Origin: Gemmatimonadales bacterium
Lineage (GTDB): Bacteria > Gemmatimonadota > Gemmatimonadetes > Gemmatimonadales > GWC2-71-9
Direction: 5' to 3'
DNA: 64,000 nucleotides
NCBI GenBank assembly: GCA_041577295.1
Contig: JBFGJG010000001.1
Location: 128,001 to 192,000 of the forward strand
The notes beneath the pieces are model-generated. The model did not search any database. It saw nothing but the letters and a program-made list of their open reading frames with translations, and was not told the origin of the DNA. Position 1 is the stretch's first letter. Each line of letters begins with the position of its first letter. The position numbers and the translations under genes are program-made. Shown here piece after piece: positions 49,669-59,750 of this stretch.

Positions 49669-51437
49669 GGCTCGACCCTCAGCGCGAGCTCTTTGAGCTC
49701 CGCAGGGTCGATGACGGCCGGCGCGGCTTCGAACAGCGCTCGCGCGGCCGTCGTCTTGGGAAACGCAATCACGTCGCGCAAGCTGCTCGCCCCGGCGAGA
49801 AGCATCGTCACACGATCAAACCCTACTGCAAATCCGCCGTGTGGTGGTGCGCCCGCTGCGAGCGCACGTAGTAGAAAGCCAAAACGCTCCTGTGACTGTT
49901 GCGCGGTCAAGCCCAGGAGACCGAGCACGTGCACTTGCAGACGCAAATCCGTGATACGAATGGAGCCGCTTCCCAGCTCGACGCCGTTGTAGACGAGGTC
50001 GTAGTGCAGCGCGCGAACGTCCTCGACCTGTCCGGCCAGCAAACGCTCCACGTCGTCGGGGTGCGGAGACGTGAAAGGGTGGTGGGCAAACACCCATCGC
50101 TTCGTGTTCGGATCGTGCTCGAACAGGGGGAAGTCCTCGACCCAGGCGAACGCGTGGGCCCGCGACGGCGAGAGCGCTAGGCGCTGTATGAGATGGGTGC
50201 GCACACGGCCGAGTGCCGGTGACGTCACCGCATCGGGCCCCGCCGCGGCGATCAGCAGGTCACCGTCGCGGAGCGCCGCCGTGTTCGCCGTGATCCCCTC
50301 GAGCTTCGCGAGCGGCCCCGAGAGCGCGTCACCCTGCCGCTTGAGCGTGGCGAGCCCGCCCGCACCTGCTTGCTTCGCCACCGCGGTCAAGGCATCGATA
50401 TCCTTGCGCGAGAGCGCGGCACCTCCCGGGACCCGGATGCCGCGCACGCGCCCGCCGTCGCCAAGCGCGCTGTCGAACGCCCGAAACCCCTTCCCACGAA
50501 ACATTTCGCCGAGATCCGCGAGGGTGAGCTCGTAGCGGAGATCGGGTTTGTCACTACCGTAGTGTTCCATCGCGTCGCGATAACGCAGGCGCTCAAATGG
50601 CTGGGTCACCGAGTGGCCCGCCTCGCTCCACAGCGCCACGTGAAGCGTTTCGAGAAAGCCGTACACATCGACCGGTTCCACAAACGATGCCTCGATGTCG
50701 ATCTGCGTGAACTCGGGTTGTCGGTCGGCCCGCGTGTCTTCGTCCCGGAAGCAGCGGGCAATCTGGAAGTAGCGATCGAAGCCCGACATCATGAGGACTT
50801 GCTTGTAGATCTGAGGCGACTGTGGCAGCGCGTAGAACTGGCCGCGATGGATTCGGGAGGGGACCAGGTAGTCACGCGCGCCTTCCGGAGTGGGCCGCGT
50901 GAGAATTGGCGTCTCCAGCTCGTAGAAATCCAGTGCCGAGAGTGTCGCTCGCGTCCGCTGGAGGAGCCGGTGCCGCAGCGCAAAGTTCCGCTGGAGCTCG
51001 GGACGCCGCAGGTCGAGGTGCCGGTGCTCGAGTCGGAGCTCTTCAGCGGGAAGTTCCTCCCCCTTGGTCCGCCACACCGGGATCGGAAGCGCGGCTGGAT
51101 CGGCCGGACCGACTACGGCCAAGGTATCGGCGCGCACCTCGACTGCACCGGTGGGCATGTCTGGATTACGCGCCTCGGGTGGTCGTGACTCGACCACACC
51201 CTCCACCAACACGACCGACTCTGGACCCACCCCGGCCGCGCGCCGCAGCACGTCTGGCCCAGCCCAGTCCGGGCCAAATGCCACCTACACCAGCCCGTCG
51301 CGATCCCGTAGATCGAAGAACAGGAGGCCGCCCAGGTCGCGGATCCGATGGACCCACCCCCCGAGCCGCACGCGCGTCCCGACGTGGGACGGCCGGAGCG
51401 CCCCACAGCGGTGCGTTCGCAACGCCGTTCGGGTCAC
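49665..51437 (-). CDS. aspS: Aspartate--tRNA ligase, interrupted by an in-frame TAG at 51285-51287
   Basis: RTHRCG...[27 protein letters not shown], then in the same frame [36 protein letters not shown]. The start position is approximate. Confidence 0.9.
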
Positions 51438-51739
51438 CTGCCCGTCAGACAGCTTATGCGCTTTCGTGAATACCCGGAGTGCGGCCCCGGCCCGTACTGG
51501 TTTGGGGGGCCGCCGTGGTCGTGGCAACGCCCGTCCCCGAGGGGGCACGGCGCACCCTGCCGGGGTGCGGGGGTGCCGTCTCGACGTGGCCAAGCGGGGA
51601 AAACTTGCGATGTGACAAGCGGTTGATTCCCATAATCCTCGGGACCTGCCAAGTCCCAGTACCACAGGAACATAATGGCCTCCGGGAGGAGCAGCAAGCG
51701 GCCGCTTGACACCCAACCGGGCGTCTATGAACCTTCGGC

Positions 51740-52636
51740 GTGCGTCGCCTGTTCCTTTTGATGTCGTGCTCCTGGGTCGCGTCCCCACTCATGGCGCAGG
51801 CTCCACCCTCTGCTAATCTCTGGCGCGTGGCCGCCGCATCGCTTACCAGCCCCGCCGCTCTAGCCCAGGGGGCAACCGCGGTGTTCTGGAACCCCGCCGC
51901 GGCCGAGCCCACGCGTCTCAGCGTCGGGGTGCAAGTCATTGAGACCTCGGAAGTCTTGGGTCTCCGCGGCATCGTCGGGGCTGTGACCACGTCGCTGGGC
52001 CCGCGAGTACAGCTCGGGGTGGTCGCCGGACGCATGGATATACGCGACCTGGTTCGTACGACGTCTTCCCCCATCAGTACGGGCGGTTCCATCCCGGTCT
52101 ATGATCAGATGATCGGAGGGCGGGTGCGTGTCACCCTAGCCGGGTTGGAGCTCGGGGGACTTGTGCGGGCGCACGACTCACGATTCGACGCGCTACGGGA
52201 GGGTGGCGTGACCATGGACCTGGGCGTCCGCTATCGCCCGTTCCCCCACGTCCAGGTGGCGGCAGCCACCCACTTCCTCCCCGTGGACCTCAGCGAGCGC
52301 GAGAACACCGACTACTACTTTGGCGCAGAGTACGCCTTTACCGACGCCGTGTCGGTCGCTGGCCTGCCAACCACCATCCTCGGTCGCTATGGGTTGAGCG
52401 TGCGCCCAACCGGAGATGTCGAGCACGCGCTTGGCGCCGGCGCCGGGTTTGGCAGCCATGTCTTCGTCGATGGGTTCGTCGTCCGCGAGAGCGCCTTCGG
52501 CGACGTCGCGTGGCGTCCTGCATTCGGCATCGACATCGTGATTGGTCGGTATGCCATCACCTTCGCACGGAGTGTGGGTATCAACGACGTTGGGGGCACC
52601 TTTCGGATCGGTTTGGACGTCGATTTCATCCGATGA
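51740..52636 (+). CDS. Outer-membrane beta-barrel protein (PorV/FadL-like)
   Basis: Signal peptide, AVFWNPAA motif, alternating amphipathic beta-strands, aromatic residue near the C-terminus. Confidence 0.6.
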   Translation: MRRLFLLMSCSWVASPLMAQAPPSANLWRVAAASLTSPAALAQGATAVFWNPAAAEPTRLSVGVQVIETSEVLGLRGIVGAVTTSLGPRVQLGVVAGRMDIRDLVRTTSSPISTGGSIPVYDQMIGGRVRVTLAGLELGGLVRAHDSRFDALREGGVTMDLGVRYRPFPHVQVAAATHFLPVDLSERENTDYYFGAEYAFTDAVSVAGLPTTILGRYGLSVRPTGDVEHALGAGAGFGSHVFVDGFVVRESAFGDVAWRPAFGIDIVIGRYAITFARSVGINDVGGTFRIGLDVDFIR

Positions 52637-53733
52637 ATCTGCTCGACCTCGCTCCGTCGGACGCGGCAACGGCTCTCGCAGCATGGATGAGCGAGCAGGG
52701 CGAACCGCGCTACCGCACGCCGCAGGCGCTCCGGCGGTTGTGGCGCCAGCCCGCGCGAGCGTGGCACGACGCTACGGAACTGCCGCTCGCACTACGCAAC
52801 GCGCTCGAGCGGAAGTTTCCACTCCGGCGCCCACGGCTCGTCACCAGGCAGGTGTCGTCAGACGGCACCATCAAGTTCCTGTGGGGCTTTCCCGATGACG
52901 AAGCCGTCGAAGCAGTCCTGATCCCCGAAGGGCGGCGAAAAACGCTGTGCATCTCTTCACAGGTGGGGTGCGCGTACGGCTGCATCTTTTGTGCAACCGG
53001 CCGCATGGGCTTTGGGCGTCATTTGGAAGCGTGGGAGATCACCGCGCAGCTCCGCGAACTCCTGCTCGACGACACCTATGAGCGTCCGACCAACGTCGTC
53101 TTCATGGGCATGGGAGAGCCGCTGCACAACTGGGATAACGTCGACCGCGCGCTCACCATCCTCAACGATCCTCAGGGGTTGGGACTCGGTGCCCGCCACA
53201 TCACGGTGAGCACGATTGGCCTCGTCCCTGCCCTCGCCAAGCTGGCTGCCCGCCCAGAGCAGTTTCGTCTGGCGCTCTCGTTGCATGGGGCCGATTCGGA
53301 TACCCGTCGGCGCCTGATGCCTATTGAGAAGAAGTACCCGCTGGCGAGCGTCGTGAAGGCGCTGGGAAATTTCCGCCGCCGCATCACGCTCGAGTACGTG
53401 TTGATCGCCGACATCAACGATCAGCCTGAGCACGCTGATCGATTAGCCAACCTCGCCCGCCCACTCAGAGCGCATGTGAATCTGTTGCCATTGCACCCAG
53501 GAGGTGCGCCCGATCTCCACCCCTCGTCCGAGGCGCGGATGCGGCGCTTTGCGGATCGACTGCTGGAGCTTGGCGTGCGCGCGACCCTGCGGCGGAGTCG
53601 CGGACTCGATATCAGCGCTGCGTGCGGCCAACTACGGCTCGAGACCGATCGTCACGGCATCCGCGCCCAAGATCACGGTCACGTCCAGCAACCGAGAGGG
53701 ATTGGGATCAAGGGCAACGACCCCATAGCCTAA
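52633..53733 (+). CDS. rlmN: 23S rRNA m2A2503 methyltransferase RlmN
   Basis: CISSQVGCAYGCIFCATG, MGMGEP, AACGQL. Confidence 0.95.
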   Translation: MNLLDLAPSDAATALAAWMSEQGEPRYRTPQALRRLWRQPARAWHDATELPLALRNALERKFPLRRPRLVTRQVSSDGTIKFLWGFPDDEAVEAVLIPEGRRKTLCISSQVGCAYGCIFCATGRMGFGRHLEAWEITAQLRELLLDDTYERPTNVVFMGMGEPLHNWDNVDRALTILNDPQGLGLGARHITVSTIGLVPALAKLAARPEQFRLALSLHGADSDTRRRLMPIEKKYPLASVVKALGNFRRRITLEYVLIADINDQPEHADRLANLARPLRAHVNLLPLHPGGAPDLHPSSEARMRRFADRLLELGVRATLRRSRGLDISAACGQLRLETDRHGIRAQDHGHVQQPRGIGIKGNDPIA

Positions 53734-54030
53734 CGCAGCGCGCACGCGCTTCGCGCCGGTCGAGTCACCTCGACGAACCAGGAGGAGCGTCGTATCCCGT
53801 CCGCGCGTCGACGCGTCCCCCCAAAAAACCACGTCAATCCCGGCGCGACGCAGCTCGCGCGTCGTCTCCCGGGCGAGCCCATCGGTGCCTGTTCCGTTCA
53901 AGACTTCGACGGTGACGCGATCACCTTCGCCGGGAATGGGAAGCGTGTCCGTTCGACCGGCGCGGCTGAGCACGAGCGCGGTCGTCAAGATCAGGGCACC
54001 CGCGCCGGCGGCGAAAATCAGTCGACGCAT
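53632..54030 (-). CDS. LytR C-terminal domain protein
   Basis: N-terminal TM helix, VEVLNGTGTDGLA, DVTVILGAD. Confidence 0.85.
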   Translation of the reverse strand: MRRLIFAAGAGALILTTALVLSRAGRTDTLPIPGEGDRVTVEVLNGTGTDGLARETTRELRRAGIDVVFWGDASTRGRDTTLLLVRRGDSTGAKRVRAALGYGVVALDPNPSRLLDVTVILGADAVTIGLEP

Positions 54031-54560
54031 CGGAGGGAGTTCCAGAAGTCGACTGTCTCGGGCAACAGTGATTGATCTCGTGCAATGATCATGGTGATGC
54101 GCGCCCGCGCGACATGACGGAGCGCGCTATGCCGGTCGTCGAGCACGAGCGCGGTGAGCTGTTCGCGCTCGGCACGGTTCCCCCCGGTCCGTCCTGGTTC
54201 GAGGAAGTCTGCCAGATAGAGCATGCGGCCCACGTCATCCCACCGCGCATACCCAACGGAGTGGAACGCCACGGCGTCGAGGACACCACGGTCGTCCTCG
54301 CCGTGTTGGGCCGCCATCGCCGCCGCCGCCGGGCCGTGTAGCAGCGCTGGCCGATCCCAAGCTCGCGGCGCCAGCGCTCGCAGCGTCTCCACTGGCGCGT
54401 CTTTGAGCGCGTCATGGAGTGCCGCGGCCCTCAACCACCGTTCCCGTTCGGTCCGGTCCACGCTCAACGCGTCCGCCCAGGTCATCAACAGACGTCCCAC
54501 GCGCTCGATGTGTTGACGACGCGTCTCGCTCACCGCGGCCCACGACGGGATCGCTTTCAC
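54018..54560 (-). CDS. HD-domain hydrolase, YqeK (Ap4A hydrolase)-like
   Basis: HIERV, LHD.LK, LHGP, FHSVG, YLADFLEPGR. Confidence 0.8.
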   Translation of the reverse strand: MKAIPSWAAVSETRRQHIERVGRLLMTWADALSVDRTERERWLRAAALHDALKDAPVETLRALAPRAWDRPALLHGPAAAAMAAQHGEDDRGVLDAVAFHSVGYARWDDVGRMLYLADFLEPGRTGGNRAEREQLTALVLDDRHSALRHVARARITMIIARDQSLLPETVDFWNSLRCVD

Positions 54561-54982
54561 GGCTGTGCATCCTCGAGCTCGGCGAGTTCCCGGAGCCAGA
54601 AGCTGCGATTGGGAAGTTCTGGGTGTGGCAGGATGAGATCGGCCTCGGCGATTGCCAGGTCCCCGTACCGCACAATGTCGATATCCAACGTCCGCGGCCC
54701 CCAGCGCCGCTCGCGCACGCGTCCCGCCTCACGTTCGATCGCGTGACACGCGGCCAGGAGGGCCTGGGGCGTGAGGCCCGTGGTCACCAGCACCATCTGG
54801 TTCAGATATCGGGGCTGCGGTGGACCGAGGGGCTCGGTCTCGTCGATGCTGCTCGTTGCCAGCACCTCGGTGTGCGGTAGCGCGTGGAGTCGTTCGCGCG
54901 CCAAGGCCAGATAGCGAGCGCGGTCACCCTGATTGGACCCCAACGCGATGTAGACGTGCTCAGGTTTCCGCGCGACGCTCAC
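54557..54982 (-). CDS. folK: 2-amino-4-hydroxy-6-hydroxymethyldihydropteridine diphosphokinase
   Basis: YIALGSN, YLN, RWGPRTLDIDI, LPHP. Confidence 0.95.
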   Translation of the reverse strand: MSVARKPEHVYIALGSNQGDRARYLALARERLHALPHTEVLATSSIDETEPLGPPQPRYLNQMVLVTTGLTPQALLAACHAIEREAGRVRERRWGPRTLDIDIVRYGDLAIAEADLILPHPELPNRSFWLRELAELEDAQP

Positions 54983-55337
54983 GTTCCAATACCACCTCGA
55001 CGTAGTCCAGCAATCCGTGGATCGGTGCGTGGGGCTTACGCGCCGCCACGCGGACGCGCTCGACCCGATCCAGCGTCAGCGCGCCGGCGGCGATCTTCTC
55101 ACACAGGGCTTCCAACAGGCGGTGGTGACTGGTCCCGACCGTCTCTGCGACGAGGTTGTAAAGGTCACGGTAGTCGAGCAGACGCCGCGGCGAGTCGGTC
55201 TCGCCCACGTGTCGGAGGTCGAGCCACACGGTGAGATCCACGTCGAGCGGCTGCGGCACGGACTCCTCGTGTGGCAAGAGCCCTACGCACGTGTGAAACC
55301 GCATCCCGCGTAATGTGATCGAATCGCTAGTGCTCAC
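54960..55337 (-). CDS. folB: Dihydroneopterin aldolase
   Basis: GMRFH..VG...E, LDY, LLEAL, KPHAP. Confidence 0.92.
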   Translation of the reverse strand: MSTSDSITLRGMRFHTCVGLLPHEESVPQPLDVDLTVWLDLRHVGETDSPRRLLDYRDLYNLVAETVGTSHHRLLEALCEKIAAGALTLDRVERVRVAARKPHAPIHGLLDYVEVVLERERRAET

Positions 55338-55371
55338 GGAAACGAAGCGTAAGGCCCCCGGGGGTCGGGTG

Positions 55372-57465
55372 TCAAAGGCCGGCGCCGTCTTCCGAGGTCA
55401 CTTGGCTGGTAATCTCCGATAACATCTTTGCAATGGCGTTGAGCTCGTTGGTGGCCTGCCCCATTTCATCGACGCCGCTTGCGACGTCCTTGGCCCGTTG
55501 TAGCACGGTGTCGGCGTCTTTCCGATTGCGCGACGAGATCGTTGCCACGCCGGTGATCCGCTCGTCGAGCCGTGCGAAAACTTCGGTCTGCTGCCGCGTG
55601 GTCGCTGCGATACGTCGCACGTGGTCCGTCGCCTCCAGGGTGATACGGGTGATCGATTCCAAGGCCTGAAGCCCCTCGGTGCTCAGGTCTTCCACACCAC
55701 CGACGGCGATCTCGCCGCCCCGCATGTGATCCACCACCTCCCCCAGCCGCCGTTGCATGTCCTCGACCAGTTCCGCCGCCTCGTCGGCGGTGCGCACTCC
55801 CTGCTCGGCCAGGCTGCGAACCTCGCGCGCGACCTCGGCAAACCCGCGACCATGCGCACCCGCCCTGGCGGCTTCGATCGCGGCATTCAGCGCCAGCAGG
55901 TGGGTCAGATCCGCCAATTCGCGAATCGACGTTAGAAACTTCACGATCCGTCGGCTCGCGGTGCCAAGCTCACCAACCTTCTGGGAACTCTCCGCAACGA
56001 ACGTCTTCAGCGTCACGAGTCGCTCAATCGCGTCGCCGATCGTGCGGCGGTGCCGCTCGGCTAGATCGCTGGCTGTGGTGCTCGCCTTCGCCGCCTCGCT
56101 GCTGTCCTGATGCACTTGCTTGGTGGCAGCGCTCAACTCCTGCGTGGCATCCAACCCGCTAACCACCTCGGTGTCCTGTTGGGATAACCCACCGCCGATC
56201 GCCTCGGTGGCAGCCGTCATCGCGTCTGCCGCCGCGCGAAGCCCGTCCGCCAGGGAACCCAGCGCTTTCACTTGTTGATTGATCCGTGCGACCGTGTCGA
56301 GCAGCGGCTTGCGCAGGTCCGCAATGTGAACCGCGGTGGCAATGCGGCGTGCGCAGGTTTCGACCAACCCGAGCCGGCGGCGGCCATACTGGCGTCGCTT
56401 GTGGTGATCCAGCTCGAACGTCCCGATGAACTCCTCGCCGAAGACGAGGGGCACGATCACCAGACTGCGAACGTAGGTCGTGAGTCCGACCGTGCGTGCA
56501 TCGCTCTCGGTATCCTGGATCGCGATCGTGCGGCGCGTCTCGAGCGCCTCCGTGCGCAACGTCTCAAACACAGGAGATATGTCGCCGGTTTCCGGTGTCC
56601 CGCTCGCTCCGCGATAGAGTGCCTCGAACGCGGTGCCGGTCCAGCGGTACACGCGATAGTCGCGCCAATCGAGAATCCGATGGGCCAGATCTTCGATGGT
56701 GGTGAGTGCCCGATCGAGCGTGACGTTGCTGGTGATCACGAGCTCCATTGCATGCAGCTTGTTCAGTTCCTCTGCTTGAATGGCCTCTTCCAGGATCCGC
56801 TTGATGATCGAGGCGATGAAGACCACCAGGAAAGCGACGAACGGCCAGACGATCGCCGGCAGGAAAGCAACGGTCAGGATGACCACGCCGGCGCCGACCA
56901 GCGTGATCCCGTACGCCACGACCTCGTATCGCAGCACGAACAACCGCTCGTCGTGCGGAAGCTTGTCGCGAATGATGAGCGTGTAGTAGAACAGCGCGCG
57001 GGAAACGACGAAGTAGCTCAACCCGAACAGCGTGATTGCGAGAATCGCCTCATAGGATCTCGGCGTCGTGACACCGGAGAGGAGCAGCGCCCCTGCGTAA
57101 AACCCGTACGAGACAACGAGCGCCGTCGCTTCGCGTGCCACGTTGACCAGTGCCGCTCGGGGATCTTTGCGAAACCAGATCCAATCCGTCGCGAACAGTC
57201 CGAGCGACACGCCGAGAACGGTCGTTGCCGGACCGAAGAGGAGCGCACCAGCGACCAGCGCAATTCCCGCCTGCGTCGCGTACGAGTATTTCCCGATCGC
57301 CAGGTAAAACGCACGCAGTGCAGCGGTGCCCAGCGCGAGCGCTAGGATGGCCGTCCACGATTCGAGCCACCGGGGGTCTCGCACAGGAACGGCAAGCAAC
57401 AACAGACCGCCCGTTCCCGCGAGCGTCCGTGAGAACACGAAGCTCCATCGCCGAACGGCTCTCAC
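55372..57465 (-). CDS. Methyl-accepting chemotaxis-type protein: multi-TM sensor, GAF and MA domains
   Basis: About 7-8 TM helices, GAF domain (RSLVIVPL...IG), [34 protein letters not shown]. Confidence 0.88.
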   Translation of the reverse strand: MRAVRRWSFVFSRTLAGTGGLLLLAVPVRDPRWLESWTAILALALGTAALRAFYLAIGKYSYATQAGIALVAGALLFGPATTVLGVSLGLFATDWIWFRKDPRAALVNVAREATALVVSYGFYAGALLLSGVTTPRSYEAILAITLFGLSYFVVSRALFYYTLIIRDKLPHDERLFVLRYEVVAYGITLVGAGVVILTVAFLPAIVWPFVAFLVVFIASIIKRILEEAIQAEELNKLHAMELVITSNVTLDRALTTIEDLAHRILDWRDYRVYRWTGTAFEALYRGASGTPETGDISPVFETLRTEALETRRTIAIQDTESDARTVGLTTYVRSLVIVPLVFGEEFIGTFELDHHKRRQYGRRRLGLVETCARRIATAVHIADLRKPLLDTVARINQQVKALGSLADGLRAAADAMTAATEAIGGGLSQQDTEVVSGLDATQELSAATKQVHQDSSEAAKASTTASDLAERHRRTIGDAIERLVTLKTFVAESSQKVGELGTASRRIVKFLTSIRELADLTHLLALNAAIEAARAGAHGRGFAEVAREVRSLAEQGVRTADEAAELVEDMQRRLGEVVDHMRGGEIAVGGVEDLSTEGLQALESITRITLEATDHVRRIAATTRQQTEVFARLDERITGVATISSRNRKDADTVLQRAKDVASGVDEMGQATNELNAIAKMLSEITSQVTSEDGAGL

Positions 57466-58268
57466 GCCACGCCCTCGCCGATGGGTGCCGCGTTGTCGAG
57501 GCTCATGCGAAGCCCACTGAAAAATTCTCTGGCGTTGGCCAGCCCTTGCTCCAGCCGCTGTACCAGCGCACTCCCCACCACGACCCCGTCCGCGATCGCC
57601 GCGGCCGCCGCCAGTTGGCGACCCTCGGTGAGCCCAAAACCCACCACGATGGGCAAGCTGGTGCAGCGACGCACCCGTGCAACTGTCGCCTCGAGACCTC
57701 CCGTCACCTCCGTCCGCGCGCCGGTGACGCCTAGCCGCGCGATGACGTACACAAATCCCCGGGCGTTCCGCAGGATGGCACCGCATCGCGCATCGTTCGT
57801 GGTGGGTGCGATCAGCTGAATCTGTGTCAGCGGACTATCGGCGAGCGCACCTTCGACCGCGGCATCTTCACCGCCAGGCACGTCCGTGAGGAGGACACCC
57901 GCAACGCCTGCCTCGCTCGCGTCCGTCACGAAGCGCTCGAGACCGTACGCCAGAATGGGATTCACGTAGCCGAACAAGATGATCGGAATCTCGAGGTCCA
58001 CCTCACGCACCATGGCGAGGACCTTCGCGAGGTTCATTCCCCCCTCGAGGGCGATCTGATTGGCGCGCTGGATCACGGGACCGTCGGCGACGGGGTCACT
58101 GAATGGCACGCCGACCTCGACGAAATCGGCGCCCGCGTCCACCACCATTTCGAGGGCGGCGCGTGACACCTCGGCCGTCGGGAAACCGGCGGTCAGGTAG
58201 GGAATGAGAGCGGTACGGCGCTTGTGACGGAGGTGCGACCAGCGCGCCTCGATGCTGCTGTCAGACAA
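57462..58268 (-). CDS. trpA: Tryptophan synthase alpha chain
   Basis: [38 protein letters not shown]. Confidence 0.95.
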   Translation of the reverse strand: MSDSSIEARWSHLRHKRRTALIPYLTAGFPTAEVSRAALEMVVDAGADFVEVGVPFSDPVADGPVIQRANQIALEGGMNLAKVLAMVREVDLEIPIILFGYVNPILAYGLERFVTDASEAGVAGVLLTDVPGGEDAAVEGALADSPLTQIQLIAPTTNDARCGAILRNARGFVYVIARLGVTGARTEVTGGLEATVARVRRCTSLPIVVGFGLTEGRQLAAAAAIADGVVVGSALVQRLEQGLANAREFFSGLRMSLDNAAPIGEGVA

Positions 58269-59748
58269 AGTAATCGCCGGGGTTGATTCCGTACTTCTCC
58301 GGATCCGTCACCTTGATGATCGACCGCTTGAACGAGCCGTCCGGGGCCACGTCCGAGAGATTCACCAAGTGCCCCGGCTTGAGCATCGTTCCCTCGGGCG
58401 TGCTAATGATGCGCACCATCGGACGGTGTAACTGGGTGAGGTCGGAGTTCGCGGCATGCACAATACCCAGCTCATATGAGTCGAGAATTACACATGTGCC
58501 TACCGGATAGACGCCGATCAGATTGATGAGGGCCTTGACCAGCACCGGGTCGAACCCGCGACGTGGGTTCTCCCACATCTCACGCAGCACCTCGTCCGGC
58601 TGTAACGGGACCGTCTGATAGCTGCGTCGCGTGGTTGCCGCGTCAAACGCGTCCGCTACTGCCACGATCTTCGAGAATACCGACAAGCCACGAGGGCGGA
58701 TCGACTTCGGGTAGCCGGTCAGGTCCACCTTCATGTGGTGCTCGTACGCGGCGATCATGGCCCGGTATGGTATCTCCCCGTAGCCACGCAGGCCGAACAG
58801 CACGAGCACCCCCAGCCACGGGTGGGCCTGCATGATTCGCCACTCCTCGTCGGTTAGGGCACCTTCTTTGGACAGAATCTCAATCGGGACGCGGCTCTTC
58901 CCCACGTCGTGGAACAGCGCCGCGAGACCCAGGTCGTATAGTTGGAGTTTGTTGAGCCCGATCCGTTTCCCGATCGACACGCTGAAGATGCACACGTTGA
59001 CTGAATGCGTGAACGTATACTCGTCGTAATCGCGGATGGTGGTGAGACCCACGAGCGACACTTCGTTCTTGAGTACCTGATCGACGATACCTTGCACGGC
59101 GCGCTTTACCTTCCTGACGCTTGCCGTGCGGCCCATACGCACGCTGTTGATGACTTCCTTCGTTACCGCGACAGACCGTTCGTACGTGCGCTTGGCAACC
59201 TCTTTCGCCTTCTCCTCGTCCTGGAGATCCTCGTCGCTCTCGGCAGGGGGCTCCACCCCGACGTGGGTGACCCCGCCTTGCACGAGCTTCTGCTGAAGCT
59301 CGAACAGTTTGTTTGGATCGGCCTCGCGCGCGGCGAACGACAGCAGCAACGAGATCAACACCTGCCATTCACGCCGCTCGACCTCCTCGCTGACCAAGAG
59401 CACGCCAATGTCACACTGCCGTAGCGTCATGAGGACGTGGCTGAACGATGCGTAGTTGTCGAGGTCGAGTCGCAACCGGGTGGAGTTGACGAAAATGAAC
59501 TCTCCAGAAATACGCACTTCCAACTCGCTCTCGAGGTCGAGCAGCTTCCTCGCGGAGCCGTTCAGCTCGTCGAGCGCCCGCTGGACTTGGTCGTTTTCGA
59601 CGGGGTAGAGCTTGAGGCTGCGAAGGGCAGCATAGAAGGACACGAGGAACGTACGACCGGTTTGCCGCAGGAGGCCTGCGGTCGTTCCCACCGCGTCGGT
59701 GAGCGTCGTGCGCGCTTCGCGCGTTTCCTGGTCCCCAATACTCGCCAT
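58261..59748 (-). CDS. HD-GYP domain protein (c-di-GMP phosphodiesterase family) with an uncharacterised N-terminal domain
   Basis: YTFTHSVNV, FHDVGK, HP, EHH...GYP, VADAFDA, R.Y. Confidence 0.9.
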   Translation of the reverse strand: MASIGDQETREARTTLTDAVGTTAGLLRQTGRTFLVSFYAALRSLKLYPVENDQVQRALDELNGSARKLLDLESELEVRISGEFIFVNSTRLRLDLDNYASFSHVLMTLRQCDIGVLLVSEEVERREWQVLISLLLSFAAREADPNKLFELQQKLVQGGVTHVGVEPPAESDEDLQDEEKAKEVAKRTYERSVAVTKEVINSVRMGRTASVRKVKRAVQGIVDQVLKNEVSLVGLTTIRDYDEYTFTHSVNVCIFSVSIGKRIGLNKLQLYDLGLAALFHDVGKSRVPIEILSKEGALTDEEWRIMQAHPWLGVLVLFGLRGYGEIPYRAMIAAYEHHMKVDLTGYPKSIRPRGLSVFSKIVAVADAFDAATTRRSYQTVPLQPDEVLREMWENPRRGFDPVLVKALINLIGVYPVGTCVILDSYELGIVHAANSDLTQLHRPMVRIISTPEGTMLKPGHLVNLSDVAPDGSFKRSIIKVTDPEKYGINPGDYFV

Positions 59749-59750
59749 CG

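Noticed and set aside
51285..51287. Genome-wide TAG-to-Gln recoding as the explanation for the aspS stop
   Set aside because: Other genes end at TAG at their expected C-termini (e.g. rplU, the amidohydrolase, the Tes homolog), and no other conserved gene here is interrupted.
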